Origin: an uncultured Gammaproteobacteria bacterium
GTDB taxonomy: Bacteria > Pseudomonadota > Gammaproteobacteria > Xanthomonadales > Xanthomonadaceae
Direction of reading: 5' to 3'
Assembly: GCA_963726305.1 (NCBI GenBank)
Contig: CAVSCB010000013.1
Location: 32,816-96,815, forward strand
Length of the DNA: 64,000 bases
Positions 19,988-29,889 of the stretch are shown piece after piece (the stretch's first letter is position 1; every line of letters starts with the position of its first letter). The position numbers and the translations under genes are program-made. A model generated the notes under the pieces. The model made no database searches and was not told where the DNA came from. It saw only the letters and a program-made list of their open reading frames with translations.

Positions 19988-21964
19988 TTGATCTTCCAGC
20001 GCACCCTCCTGACTCTCGCGGTTTCCGCCAGCCTGCTTTCGCTTGCCGGATGCAAGGGCAACAACAATGGCGTGCCCGCCACCGGCGCCGCGGCGCCGCA
20101 GTCGGCCAGCGGCACCGAGACGGCGGACCAATTCATTGCACGGGTAAATGCCGAAATGCGCGCTGACTACCCCGAAATCACGGCCGCGCAATGGCTCTCG
20201 GAAACCTACATCAACGACGACTCGCAGGCAGTGGCGTCCAAGGCTAACGAGCGCGCGCTGGCAAGGCTCGGCGTCTATGTTGAGCAGGCGAAGCGCTTCG
20301 AAGGCCAGCCGATGTCGCCGGAGACCGCGCGCGCTCTGCAGTTGCTGCGGCTTGGCATCACCGTGCCGCCGCCGAAGAACCCGCAGGACCTGGCGGAACT
20401 CACCAGGATCGGCGCCAAGCTCACCAGCGACTACGGCGCCGGCAAGTATTGCCCGGATCCGGGCAATCCCGCCTCGTGCCAGGACATCGGCCAGCTCGAG
20501 GACATCCTCGCGGCGACGGACAGCAAGTCCTACCAGGACCAGCTCACCGCATGGCAAGGCTGGCACACGATCTCGGTCCCGATGCGCAAGGACTACCAGC
20601 GCTTCGTTGAACTGAGCAACGAGGGCGCGCGCGACCAGGGCTTCGCCAATACCGGCGAACTGTGGCGCAGCGGCTACGACATGAAACCGGCCGATTTCCA
20701 GGTGGAGACCGATCGGCTCTGGGGCCAGGTCAAGCCACTTTACGACCAGTTGCAGTGCTACACCAAGAACAAGCTCGTCGAGAAATACGGCGAGCAGGGC
20801 CAGGTCGACGGAATGATCCCGGCGCACCTCACAGGCAACTTGTGGCAACAGGACTGGAGCAATCTGTGGCCGCTGCTGCAACCCTATGCCGGCGTGCCCA
20901 AGCTGGACATCACCGCGACGCTGCAGAAGCAACGCAACGCGAAATACGCAGCGTTGATCGCCGATTTCACCAAGGCCAACAAGCATGCGCCGTCGGCCGC
21001 CGAAGCGGTCGAAGTCGGCCGCGCCGCGGACCTCGAGCAGGCCAAGGCCATGGTCAGGGAGGCCGAGAATTTCTACGTCAACCTCGGCATGCCCAAGCTG
21101 CCCGAGTCGTTCTGGAAGGATGCGCAGTTCATCCAGCCGCGCGATCGCGACGTGGTCTGCCACGCCAGCGCCTGGCCGATGAACATGGACGGCAACGTGC
21201 GCATCAAGATGTGCATCAAGCCCGACGAAGAGTCCTACACCACGATCTATCACGAGCTTGGCCACGTCTATTACTACCTGGCCTACCAGAAGTCCCCCGC
21301 CCTGTTCCAGAACGGCGCCAACGACGGCTTCCACGAGGCGATCGGCGACACCATCGTGCTGTCGATGACGCCCGACTACCTCAACTCGCTCGGCCTGGTC
21401 GACAAGCCGACGGTCAGCCAGGAGGCCGTGATCAATTCGCAGATGCGCCAGGCCCTGGCCAAGGTGGCCTTCCTGCCGTTCGGACTGATGATCGACCGCT
21501 GGCGCTGGGGCGTGTTCGACGGCTCGATCAAGCCCGACCAGTACAACAAGGCCTGGTGGGACCTGAAGGCGAAATACCAGGGCGTGGCCCCGGCCACGCC
21601 GCGCGGCGAGGAGTTCTTCGATGCCGGCGCCAAATACCACGTGCCGAACAACACGCCTTACACGCGCTACTTCCTGGCGCGCATCCTGCAGTTCCAGTTC
21701 TACAAGTCGCTGTGCGATGCGTCCGGTTTCAAGGGACCGCTGTACGAGTGCAGCTTCGCCAACAGCCCCGAGGCCGGCAAGCGCTACTGGGCGATGCTCG
21801 AAAAGGGCGCAAGCCAGCCATGGCCGCAGACGCTGAAGGAGCTCACCGGCGGCGAGCAACTCGACGGCTCCGCGGTGCTGGAATACTTCGCACCGCTCAA
21901 GGGCTGGCTGGAAACGCAGAACCAGGGCAAGCAGTGCGGCTGGCAGGCTGGCGCGGGCGGCTGA
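19988..21964 (+). CDS. M2 family peptidyl-dipeptidase A (ACE-like) lipoprotein
   Basis: TTG start after GGAG; lipobox LAGC; HLTGNLW, CHASAW, HELGH, GFHEAIGD, KYHVP. Confidence 0.93.
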   Translation: MIFQRTLLTLAVSASLLSLAGCKGNNNGVPATGAAAPQSASGTETADQFIARVNAEMRADYPEITAAQWLSETYINDDSQAVASKANERALARLGVYVEQAKRFEGQPMSPETARALQLLRLGITVPPPKNPQDLAELTRIGAKLTSDYGAGKYCPDPGNPASCQDIGQLEDILAATDSKSYQDQLTAWQGWHTISVPMRKDYQRFVELSNEGARDQGFANTGELWRSGYDMKPADFQVETDRLWGQVKPLYDQLQCYTKNKLVEKYGEQGQVDGMIPAHLTGNLWQQDWSNLWPLLQPYAGVPKLDITATLQKQRNAKYAALIADFTKANKHAPSAAEAVEVGRAADLEQAKAMVREAENFYVNLGMPKLPESFWKDAQFIQPRDRDVVCHASAWPMNMDGNVRIKMCIKPDEESYTTIYHELGHVYYYLAYQKSPALFQNGANDGFHEAIGDTIVLSMTPDYLNSLGLVDKPTVSQEAVINSQMRQALAKVAFLPFGLMIDRWRWGVFDGSIKPDQYNKAWWDLKAKYQGVAPATPRGEEFFDAGAKYHVPNNTPYTRYFLARILQFQFYKSLCDASGFKGPLYECSFANSPEAGKRYWAMLEKGASQPWPQTLKELTGGEQLDGSAVLEYFAPLKGWLETQNQGKQCGWQAGAGG

Positions 21965-21971
21965 TCCGGGC

Positions 21972-22457
21972 ATGAGCGGCGAGATCGGAACCCCGGCCAC
22001 CGGCGCGCTGCGAGTGCAGCGCGCGGACCTTGCGCAACTCGACCCCGCGAGCCGGCTGTTCCAGGCCTATCTGGGCTTTTACGGCAAGGCGGTGCCGGCG
22101 GACGCCGCCCGCGGCTTCATCGAGGCGCGTCTTCGCCAGCAGGATTCCGTGATCCTCCTGGCCTGGCTGGACGCCGCAGCCGTTGGCTTCATGCAGCTGT
22201 ATCCGACCTTCGCCAGTCTTTCCCTGGCGCCCGGCTGGATCCTCAACGACCTGTTCGTGGATCCGGCGGCCAGGGGCCGAGGCGTGGGTGAAGCCCTGAT
22301 GCAGGCGGCCCGGGAACTGGGCCTGGCCAATGGGGCCGCCGAGATACTCCTGCAGACCGCGCGCGACAACGTGACCGCGCAGAGGCTCTACGAGCGCCTC
22401 GGGTACCAACGCGACGACGAATTCCTGGTCTACACGCTGAGCCTCCCCCCGGCCTGA
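21972..22457 (+). CDS. GNAT family acetyltransferase
   Basis: LNDLFVDPAARGRGVGEALM...NVTAQRLYERLGY. Confidence 0.88.
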   Translation: MSGEIGTPATGALRVQRADLAQLDPASRLFQAYLGFYGKAVPADAARGFIEARLRQQDSVILLAWLDAAAVGFMQLYPTFASLSLAPGWILNDLFVDPAARGRGVGEALMQAARELGLANGAAEILLQTARDNVTAQRLYERLGYQRDDEFLVYTLSLPPA

Positions 22458-22487
22458 GCCCAACCGCTACGGCGTTTGCGTTTTTCC

Positions 22488-22508
22488 TGTTAAACGTACG
22501 TACAATAA
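22488..22508 (+). promoter_or_regulatory. Putative TetR/BetI-type operator 1
   Basis: TGTTAAACGTACGTACAATAA, 16/21 identical to the site upstream of the Rieske gene. Confidence 0.6.
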
Positions 22509-22562
22509 GGAATTACGTGGTCGCAGGCCCGGCTCCGGGCCCAACCGACGGGGAGAGATTCG

Positions 22563-24159
22563 ATGTCGCAAAAAGCGTTTGACGTGATCGTGGTCGGTGC
22601 CGGCCACAACGGGCTGGTCACCGCCTGTTACCTGGCGCGCACCGGGCTGAAGGTGCTGGTGCTCGAACGCAGCGACAAGGTCGGCGGCGCCGCCGTCAGT
22701 CGCCAGATCTACCAGGACATCACCTACTCCAACTGCTCCTACGTCTGCAGCCTGCTGCGGCCGGAAATCATGCGCACGCTGGAATTGCCCAAGTACGGAT
22801 TGCAGATCATTCCGTACGAGGGCGGCGCGACCATGATGAGCAACGGCGACCACTACGCCGCCTACCGCAACCCGGACGCCAAGCGCCGCGAGATGGCCCG
22901 GCATTCCAAGCGCGATGCCGAGGCCTACCACCGCTACTCCAACGACGTGATGCGGCAGTGCAAGTTCATCAAGCCGCTGCTGATGCGCACCCCGCCCGAC
23001 CCGACCTCGTTCAAGCCGCGCGACCTGATGGAACTGCTGTACCTGGGCAAGCGCTTTTACGGCATGGGCGAACAGCGCATGTACGACACCATCCGTTTCT
23101 TCACCATGAGCGCGGCCGACTACCTCGATGAGTATTTCGAGAGCGACGTGATCAAGGGCCACCTGTCCGGCAGTTCGATCATCGGCACCGCGCTCGGCCC
23201 GCGTTCGCCCGGCACGGCCTATGTGCTGCTGCATCACTACATGGGCGAGGTGGACAACAACGTCGGTTCATGGGGTTTTGCCCGCGGCGGCATGGGCGCC
23301 ATCACCCAGGCGTTGGCGAAATCGCTCAAGGCGTCCGGCGGCGAGATCCGGGTCGATTCGGCGGTCGACCAGATCATGGTCCGCGGCGGCAAGACCTCCG
23401 GCGTAAGCGCTCGACACCGGCGAGGAGATCCTCGCCCCCATCGTGGTCTCCAACCTCGACGTCAAGCGCACCTTCCTCAAGACCATGGACGCCAACGACC
23501 TGCCGGCGGAATTCGTCGAGCGCGTCCGCAACTTCAGGATCCGCGGCTCGTCCGGCAAGCTGAACATCGCGCTGGATGGCGTGCCGAATTTCCCGTCCAT
23601 ACCGAGCGATTCGCCGGTCATGCGCGGCGACCTGCACATCACCGAGTCGCTCGATGAAGTCGAGCGCGCCTACGACGACTGGAAGGAAGGCCGCTGGTCC
23701 ACGGTGCCCTACATCGACATGATCATGCCTTCCCTGATCGACCCGACGATGGCGCCGGAGGGCAAGCATTTCCTCTCGGTGTTCGTGCAGTACTGCCCGT
23801 ACCAGCTCGCCGAGGGCGAATGGAACGACGAGCGCCGGCAGCGCTTCGGCAACACCGTCATCGACGCCATCGCCAAGTACAGCCCTGACTTCAAGCAGAA
23901 GATCCTGCATGCGGAAATCCGCACGCCCTGGGATATCGAAAACGAAGTCGGCCTGACCGAAGGCAACATTTTCCAGGGCGAACTGACCATGGACCAGCTG
24001 ATGTTCAACCGCCCCGTGCCCGGCTACGCGCAGTACCGCACGCCGGTGAAGAACGTCTACATGTGCGGCTCGTCCACCCACCCCGGCGGCGGTGTCATGG
24101 GCGCGCCGGGCGCCAACGCAGCGCGCGAGATCCTGCGCGACCTCGGCCGGAGCCAATAA
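22563..24159 (+). CDS. Phytoene-dehydrogenase-like (PYROXD2-type) FAD oxidoreductase A, frameshift near 23405
   Basis: GAGHNGL FAD motif, CSYVCSLLRP, GTAYVLLHHYMG, GGMGAIT, GNIFQGEL, CGSSTHPGGGVMGAPGANAA. Confidence 0.88.
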
Positions 24160-24160
24160 C

Positions 24161-25729
24161 GTGAGCACGCCCAAGAGTTACCACAGCATCATCATCGGCG
24201 GCGGCCACAACGGCCTGGTCTGCGCCGCGACGCTCGCCCGCGCCGGCAAATCGGTCCTCGTGCTCGAGTCGGCCGCAACCCTCGGCGGCGCGGCGCGCAA
24301 TCGCGAATTCGCCCCGGGCTTCAACGTTTCCGCCGGCGCGCACCTGCTGCATGGCCTGCAGGAAGAAGTGGTTCGCGAACTGGACCTGGCCAGGCATGGA
24401 TTGCGCTTCGCCGGACAGGCGATGCCGAGCTACGCCCTGTCCACCGACGGCAAGGCCATTCGCCTCGGCGATCGGCAACTTTCCGGCGACGGACTTTCCG
24501 ATGCCGACATCGCCGCCTACGCGCGTTTCACCGAGACGATGGCCCGCTATGCCGGCGCGCTGCTTCCGGTCCTGCAGATGGTCCCGCCGCGACTGTCGAT
24601 CGATACCTGGGCGGCGCGCCTCGATTTCGCGAAGATCGCCTGGAGCATTCGCCGCCTCGGCCGCCATGACATGCGCGATCTGCTGCGCATCATCGGCATG
24701 AACATGTACGACCTGCTCGACGAGTATTTCGAATCCGACCTGCTCAAGGGCGCGCTGGCCATGGATGCGGTGCTTGGCGCCGAATGGGGCCCGCGTTCGC
24801 CGGGCACTGTCCTCACCTATCTGTACCGCCTGTCCGGCCTGGCTGGCGGCAAGGGGTTGGGCGTCGCGCAACCGTTTGGCGGCATGGGCGCGGTCTGCGC
24901 GGCGATGGCCGCATCGGCCTCCGGGGCGGGCGCGGAGCTGCGCACTTCCGCGCGCGTCCGTCGCATAGTCGTGGAAGGCGACCGCGCCTGCGGCGTCGAG
25001 CTGGATTCGGGCGAAGTCATCCGCGCCGATAGCGTCATCTCCAATGCCGATCCGCGCACGACCTTCCTTTCCCTGCTCGGCCCCGCGCACCTGGATGCCG
25101 GCTTCGTGCGCAAGGTGCATCACCTGCGCGCCTCCGGCCGCGCCGGAAAGCTGCACCTGGCGCTGCGCGAACTGCCGAAGTTCACCGGCGTCTCCGCGAC
25201 GGCGCATGGCGACCGATTGCTCATCGCGCCCTCGATGAACTACCTGGAGCGCGCCTTCAATCCAAGCAAGTACAGGGAATATCCCTCGCAGCCGGCACTG
25301 GAGATCAGCCTGCCCAGCGTGCGCGATGGAAAGCTCGCGCCCGCCGGCCGGCATGTGTTGTCGGCGGTGGTGCAGTTCCTGCCCTATGACGACGGCGCCG
25401 ACCGCGACGCCAATCGCGCGCGCTGCCTGGAAGCGATACTCGATACGCTCGAGCGTCATGCCCCCGGCATCCGCAGCCTGGTCACCGCTTCCGAATTGCT
25501 GACGCCGTTCGACATCGAGCAGGAGTTCGGCATGTCCGGCGGCCACTGGCACCATGCCGCGATGGGCTTCGACCAGTTCTTCTTCATCCGTCCGGTTCCG
25601 GGCGCTGCCCAGCATCGGACACCGGTGGACGGCCTGTACCTGTGCGGCGCCGGCTGCCATCCGGGCGGCGGCGTGATGGGCATCGCCGGCCGCAATGCCG
25701 CGCAGCAAGTTCTCCGTGGAGGAAAGTGA
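24161..25729 (+). CDS. Phytoene-dehydrogenase-like (PYROXD2-type) FAD oxidoreductase B
   Basis: GTG start; GGGHNGL, GGMGAV, GGHWHH, CGAGCHPGGGVMGIAGRNAA. Confidence 0.88.
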   Translation: MSTPKSYHSIIIGGGHNGLVCAATLARAGKSVLVLESAATLGGAARNREFAPGFNVSAGAHLLHGLQEEVVRELDLARHGLRFAGQAMPSYALSTDGKAIRLGDRQLSGDGLSDADIAAYARFTETMARYAGALLPVLQMVPPRLSIDTWAARLDFAKIAWSIRRLGRHDMRDLLRIIGMNMYDLLDEYFESDLLKGALAMDAVLGAEWGPRSPGTVLTYLYRLSGLAGGKGLGVAQPFGGMGAVCAAMAASASGAGAELRTSARVRRIVVEGDRACGVELDSGEVIRADSVISNADPRTTFLSLLGPAHLDAGFVRKVHHLRASGRAGKLHLALRELPKFTGVSATAHGDRLLIAPSMNYLERAFNPSKYREYPSQPALEISLPSVRDGKLAPAGRHVLSAVVQFLPYDDGADRDANRARCLEAILDTLERHAPGIRSLVTASELLTPFDIEQEFGMSGGHWHHAAMGFDQFFFIRPVPGAAQHRTPVDGLYLCGAGCHPGGGVMGIAGRNAAQQVLRGGK

Positions 25730-25730
25730 A

Positions 25731-26939
25731 ATGCAGACCGCCGAGCGCAATCCTCCCGTCTACCGCCAGCCGCTGCTGACGACGCCGTTCTTCGAGTGCT
25801 ACGAACCGCTGATCGAGACCCGCGCCTTCCGCCAGTGGAGCGGCTACAACACGCTGACCGTGTTCTCGTCGGTGGAGCACGAGTACTTCGCGATCCGCAA
25901 CACGTCATCCCTGTTCGACATGTCGCCGATGATCAAGTACCGGATCAATGGGCCGGATGCCGAGGCGTTCCTGAACCGGCTGGTGACGCGCGACGTCAGC
26001 AAGCTGAAGAAGAACCGCGTCACCTACACCATGTGGTGCGACGACGAAGGCCATGTGATCGACGACGGCACGATCTTCCGCCTGGGCAAGACCGAATTCC
26101 TGCTGTGCACGGCCGAGCGCCAACTGGACTGGTTCCTGTATTCGGCGATCGGCTTCGACGTGAAGGTAGTCGAGATCACCCAGGACATCGCCGCGCTGGC
26201 GCTGCAGGGCCCGACTTCCTGCGCCGTGCTCAAGAAGATGGGCCTGGCCGGCGTCGAGAAACTCAAGCCATTCGAGATCGGCACCTTCAAGGAGCCCGGC
26301 TTCGAGATCATGGTCTCGCGCACCGGCTTCACCGGCGACCTGGGCTATGAACTGTGGATCGCCCCGGAACATGCCCGCGCGCTCTGGGATGCGCTGATGG
26401 CGGCCGGCGAAGCCCGCGGCATCCGCCCGATCGGCTTCGGCGCGCTGGAGATGGCGCGCATCGAGGCGGGATTGCTGCTGCCCGATTCCGAATTCGTCAA
26501 CGCCGAGTTCACCTTGCGGGTCAATCGCGCGCACACGCCCTTCGAACTGGGCATGGAGTGGCTGGTGGACATGGAGAAAGGCAATTTCACCGGGCGCCGC
26601 GCCTTGCTGCAGCAGCGCAAGGAAGGCCTCAAGCGTTGCCTGGTCGGCCTGGAAGTGGATGGCAAGAAGCCGGCCATCGATGCCCTGATCTACGACGGCA
26701 AGGACGCCAAGCGACGCATCGGCGCCGTCACCTCGGCCATGTGGTCGCCTACCTGCAAGCGCAACCTGGCGATGGCGATGATCGATGCCCCGCACTTCAA
26801 CAGCAAGAGCGAATTGTGGGCGGAAATCTACGTCAAGCGCGAACTGGTCTGGCAGCGTCGCATCGTGCCCTGCCGCATCGTCGAGCGGCCGTTCTACTCG
26901 CCGGAACGCCGCAAGCTGACGCCACCGAACGACCGCTGA
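25731..26939 (+). CDS. GcvT-like folate-binding aminomethyltransferase family protein
   Basis: EYFAIRN...FDMSP, IDDGTI, ALQGP, SRTGFTGDLGYEL, RIEAG. Confidence 0.9.
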   Translation: MQTAERNPPVYRQPLLTTPFFECYEPLIETRAFRQWSGYNTLTVFSSVEHEYFAIRNTSSLFDMSPMIKYRINGPDAEAFLNRLVTRDVSKLKKNRVTYTMWCDDEGHVIDDGTIFRLGKTEFLLCTAERQLDWFLYSAIGFDVKVVEITQDIAALALQGPTSCAVLKKMGLAGVEKLKPFEIGTFKEPGFEIMVSRTGFTGDLGYELWIAPEHARALWDALMAAGEARGIRPIGFGALEMARIEAGLLLPDSEFVNAEFTLRVNRAHTPFELGMEWLVDMEKGNFTGRRALLQQRKEGLKRCLVGLEVDGKKPAIDALIYDGKDAKRRIGAVTSAMWSPTCKRNLAMAMIDAPHFNSKSELWAEIYVKRELVWQRRIVPCRIVERPFYSPERRKLTPPNDR

Positions 26940-26948
26940 GCCCGGCGG

Positions 26949-27587
26949 TTACGCGAAAGTCTGGGCCACGAAGCCGAGGCAGGCAGCCTCGGCTTCCTCG
27001 GCGGTGAATCCCTTCGGGTCGAGGCACCATTCGAGCCAGAACCCGTCGATCAGGGCGATGATCGAGAGCGCCGCCCGGCGCGTGTCCACCGTCTTTCCGC
27101 GTTTCCTGGCGATCTCTTCGAAGATGCCCTGGTAGGTCTCGCGATCCTTCTCGAACAGCTCGCGATTGAGCTTTCGCAGCGCTGGCGACTTGCCGATCGC
27201 GCTCCAGAATCCGGCCCAGATGCCCAGGTATTCCTGCTTGAACATGGCCGGGCCGAAGCTGACGCGGATCATCGCCTGCAGTTTGTCCTCGGGCTCGAGG
27301 TAGTTGCCGCGCAGGCTGCCGTGGGTCTGGAACATCCATTCGTCGCGCAGCGCCTTGTAGGACTGCCGGATCAATTCCTCCTTGCTGCCGAAGTGGTGGT
27401 TGATCAGGCCGCGCGACACCTGCGCCTCGTTGCAGATGGTCTCGATGGTGGTGCCGGCGTAACCGTACTTCGAGATCGAGCGCATGGTCGCTTCGATCAG
27501 GGAACGGCGCCGGACCTCGGGGGATTCCCGGTGGCGCTTGGCAGGCGCCGGCCTGCCCTTCCTTGCCGCTTGCTCGGTACTCGGCAT
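26949..27587 (-). CDS. TetR family regulator, BetI-like
   Basis: HTH TTIETICNEAQVSRGLINHHFGSKEEL; C-terminal ALIDGFWLE. Confidence 0.88.
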   Translation of the reverse strand: MPSTEQAARKGRPAPAKRHRESPEVRRRSLIEATMRSISKYGYAGTTIETICNEAQVSRGLINHHFGSKEELIRQSYKALRDEWMFQTHGSLRGNYLEPEDKLQAMIRVSFGPAMFKQEYLGIWAGFWSAIGKSPALRKLNRELFEKDRETYQGIFEEIARKRGKTVDTRRAALSIIALIDGFWLEWCLDPKGFTAEEAEAACLGFVAQTFA

Positions 27588-27624
27588 GATGACTGCGATC
27601 TCGCTTGGTTGCCGCCGGAGTTTC

Positions 27625-28494
27625 TCAGCGGAAAATGATGGTCTTGTCGCCATTGAGCAGGATGCGGTGCTGCACGAACCAGTTCACCGCCCGCGCCAGC
27701 ACCACCGACTCGACATCGCGGCCCATGGCCGTGAATTCCCTGGCGCTCAGGGAATGGTCGACGCGAATCACATCCTGCTCGATGATCGGCCCCTCGTCGA
27801 GGGCGTCGGTGACGAAGTGCGCGGTGGCGCCGATCAGCTTCACGCCGCGCGAGTGCGCCTGCGTGTACGGATTGGCGCCCTTGAAACTGGGCAGGAACGA
27901 GTGGTGGATGTTGATCGCGCGCCCGCGCAGGGCGCGGCAGAGCTCGGGCGAAAGGACCTGCATGTAGCGGGCCAGCACCACCAGGTCGATGCGTTCCTGC
28001 TCGACCAGTTGCAGCAGGCGCTGCTCCTGTTCGGCGCGCGTTTCCGGCGAGATCGGCAGGTAGTGGTAAGGGATTCCGTGCGACTCGGTCAGCTTCCTGA
28101 AGTCCTCGTGGTTGGATACCACCGCGCGGATATCGGCGTGTATCAGGCCGCTGGAGTAACGGAAAAGCAGGTCGTTGAGGCAGTGGCCGATCCTCGAGAC
28201 CATCAACAGCACGCGCGGCTTGGTGCTGGCGTCATGCAGGCGCCAGTCCATCTGGAACAGATCGCCCAGCGGCTTGAATTTCTCCGCAAGGCCCGCGCCG
28301 CCGCCGGTCTGGTCGGCGAAGTGGACGCGCATGTAGAACACGCCGGTCGCAACATCGTTGAACTGGGCGCTGTCGAGGATGTTGCAGCCGTTGTCGGCCA
28401 GGATCCCGGAAACCGCGCGGACGATGCCGCGCTGGTCGGGACAGGAAAGCGTGAGGATGTATTCCCTGGTCCGGGAGGCCTTCTTGCTGGACAT
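27625..28494 (-). CDS. purU: Formyltetrahydrofolate deformylase
   Basis: ACT domain CPDQRGIV; LARYMQVLS, INIHHSFLPSFKGANPY, LDEGPIIEQ. Confidence 0.96.
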   Translation of the reverse strand: MSSKKASRTREYILTLSCPDQRGIVRAVSGILADNGCNILDSAQFNDVATGVFYMRVHFADQTGGGAGLAEKFKPLGDLFQMDWRLHDASTKPRVLLMVSRIGHCLNDLLFRYSSGLIHADIRAVVSNHEDFRKLTESHGIPYHYLPISPETRAEQEQRLLQLVEQERIDLVVLARYMQVLSPELCRALRGRAINIHHSFLPSFKGANPYTQAHSRGVKLIGATAHFVTDALDEGPIIEQDVIRVDHSLSAREFTAMGRDVESVVLARAVNWFVQHRILLNGDKTIIFR

Positions 28495-28497
28495 CGG

Positions 28498-29850
28498 TCA
28501 GGCGACTTCGCTTGCGGCTTTGCCTGCCGCCCGACGCGAGCGCATCAGGTAGAAAACCGGCACGGCGACGCCCAGCAGGACGAAGCCCCAGAACACCGCC
28601 TCCTTGCCCGCGCCGACCAGCGTCCACAGCGCATATAGCGTGCCCAGCGCGCCGGCGATAGCGAGGCCTACGGTTCTCCTGCCAGCGGCGGCCAGCTTGC
28701 CGTTGCGCAGCAGCACCAGCACCGCCAGCGCGCACAACAGATAGGTCACCAGGTTGGCGGTGGTCGCCAGCAGGATCATGAAGGTGAACACCTCGACCAT
28801 GGACTTCTGGTAATTCATCAGCACCAGTATCGTGATCAACGTGCTGCCGATGTACAGCGAGACCGCCGGCGTCTGCCTTGGCGATTCCTTGGCGAATATC
28901 TGCGGAAATTCGCCCTTCCTGGCCATCTGGAACGGCAGTTCGCCCTGCAGCAGGATATTGCCGTTCAGGCAGCCCAGCCCACTGATCACCACGAACAGCG
29001 CCATCCAGTGCGCCGCTGCACCACCCCAGAACCGTCCGGCGACTTCGGCGAAGGGAGCGTTCGAGTGGGCCAGCTGGTCACCCGGGATCAACAGCATGAC
29101 GGCCATGCACACCACGATGTAAATCGCCCCGGTGAGGAACGTTCCGGCCATGGTGGCGAGCGGAATCGTCCGCTCCGGATCGCGCACCTTGCTTGACATC
29201 ACCGAGGCCGACTCGAAACCCAACATCGCCCAGAGCGTCAGGGTCGCCGCGGTCGTCACCGAATCGAGTTTGAACGGGGTGTGCAGGAACTCGGAGTTGC
29301 CCAACTGCGACCTGTCGCCGAATACCAGCGCCGCCGTCAGCCCGACCACCGCCAGCAGCGGCAGCAACTTGAGCACGGTGGAGACGATCTGCACCTTGCC
29401 GGCCGCGCGGATATCGTAGGCGTTGACCGCAGTGAGCACCCAGACGAAGAATATCGTCGAGCCCGCCGATGCGCCTGGCACTTCGGCAATCCATGGCAGC
29501 AAGCTGCTCAGATAGGAAGTCACCCCGGTTGCGATTGCCGCGTTGCCGACCCACAGGCAAACCCAGTAACCCCAGGCGCCAACGAACGCGGTGAGATCGC
29601 CGAAGGCCAGCCGGGTATAGGCATAGGGTCCTTCGGCGGTCGGGAAAGCCCGGCTCAGGCCGGACAGGGACATCGCCAGGAACAGGGCCCCGGCTACCGT
29701 GAGCAACCAGGCCCACAAGCTGTTCAAACCATAGGGCGCCAGTGATGCCGGCAACATGAAAATGCCGGTACCGATCATGTTGCCCACCACCAACGCCACG
29801 CACATCCAGAAACCAAGCTTTCGCGCCGAATCGTCAGTCTGCTGGTTCAT
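28498..29850 (-). CDS. APC family amino acid/polyamine permease (AdiC/CadB/PotE-like)
   Basis: GNMIGTGIFMLPASLA, GPYAY, WAMLGFESA; about 12 TMs. Confidence 0.9.
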   Translation of the reverse strand: MNQQTDDSARKLGFWMCVALVVGNMIGTGIFMLPASLAPYGLNSLWAWLLTVAGALFLAMSLSGLSRAFPTAEGPYAYTRLAFGDLTAFVGAWGYWVCLWVGNAAIATGVTSYLSSLLPWIAEVPGASAGSTIFFVWVLTAVNAYDIRAAGKVQIVSTVLKLLPLLAVVGLTAALVFGDRSQLGNSEFLHTPFKLDSVTTAATLTLWAMLGFESASVMSSKVRDPERTIPLATMAGTFLTGAIYIVVCMAVMLLIPGDQLAHSNAPFAEVAGRFWGGAAAHWMALFVVISGLGCLNGNILLQGELPFQMARKGEFPQIFAKESPRQTPAVSLYIGSTLITILVLMNYQKSMVEVFTFMILLATTANLVTYLLCALAVLVLLRNGKLAAAGRRTVGLAIAGALGTLYALWTLVGAGKEAVFWGFVLLGVAVPVFYLMRSRRAAGKAASEVA

Positions 29851-29889
29851 GGCGTTTCCCCGGTTTGCCGAGCGTCAAGGACAGCACGT

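Noticed and set aside
22563-25729. Carotenoid biosynthesis (crtI) call for the two flavoproteins
   Set aside because: No crtB/E/Y nearby. Motifs (GHNGL, HPGGGV) and the GcvT/PurU/Rieske context point to the PYROXD2-like group.
25731-26939. Glycine cleavage T protein (gcvT) call
   Set aside because: No gcvH or gcvP adjacent, and the sequence is divergent. It is better treated as a GcvT-like folate-binding paralogue.
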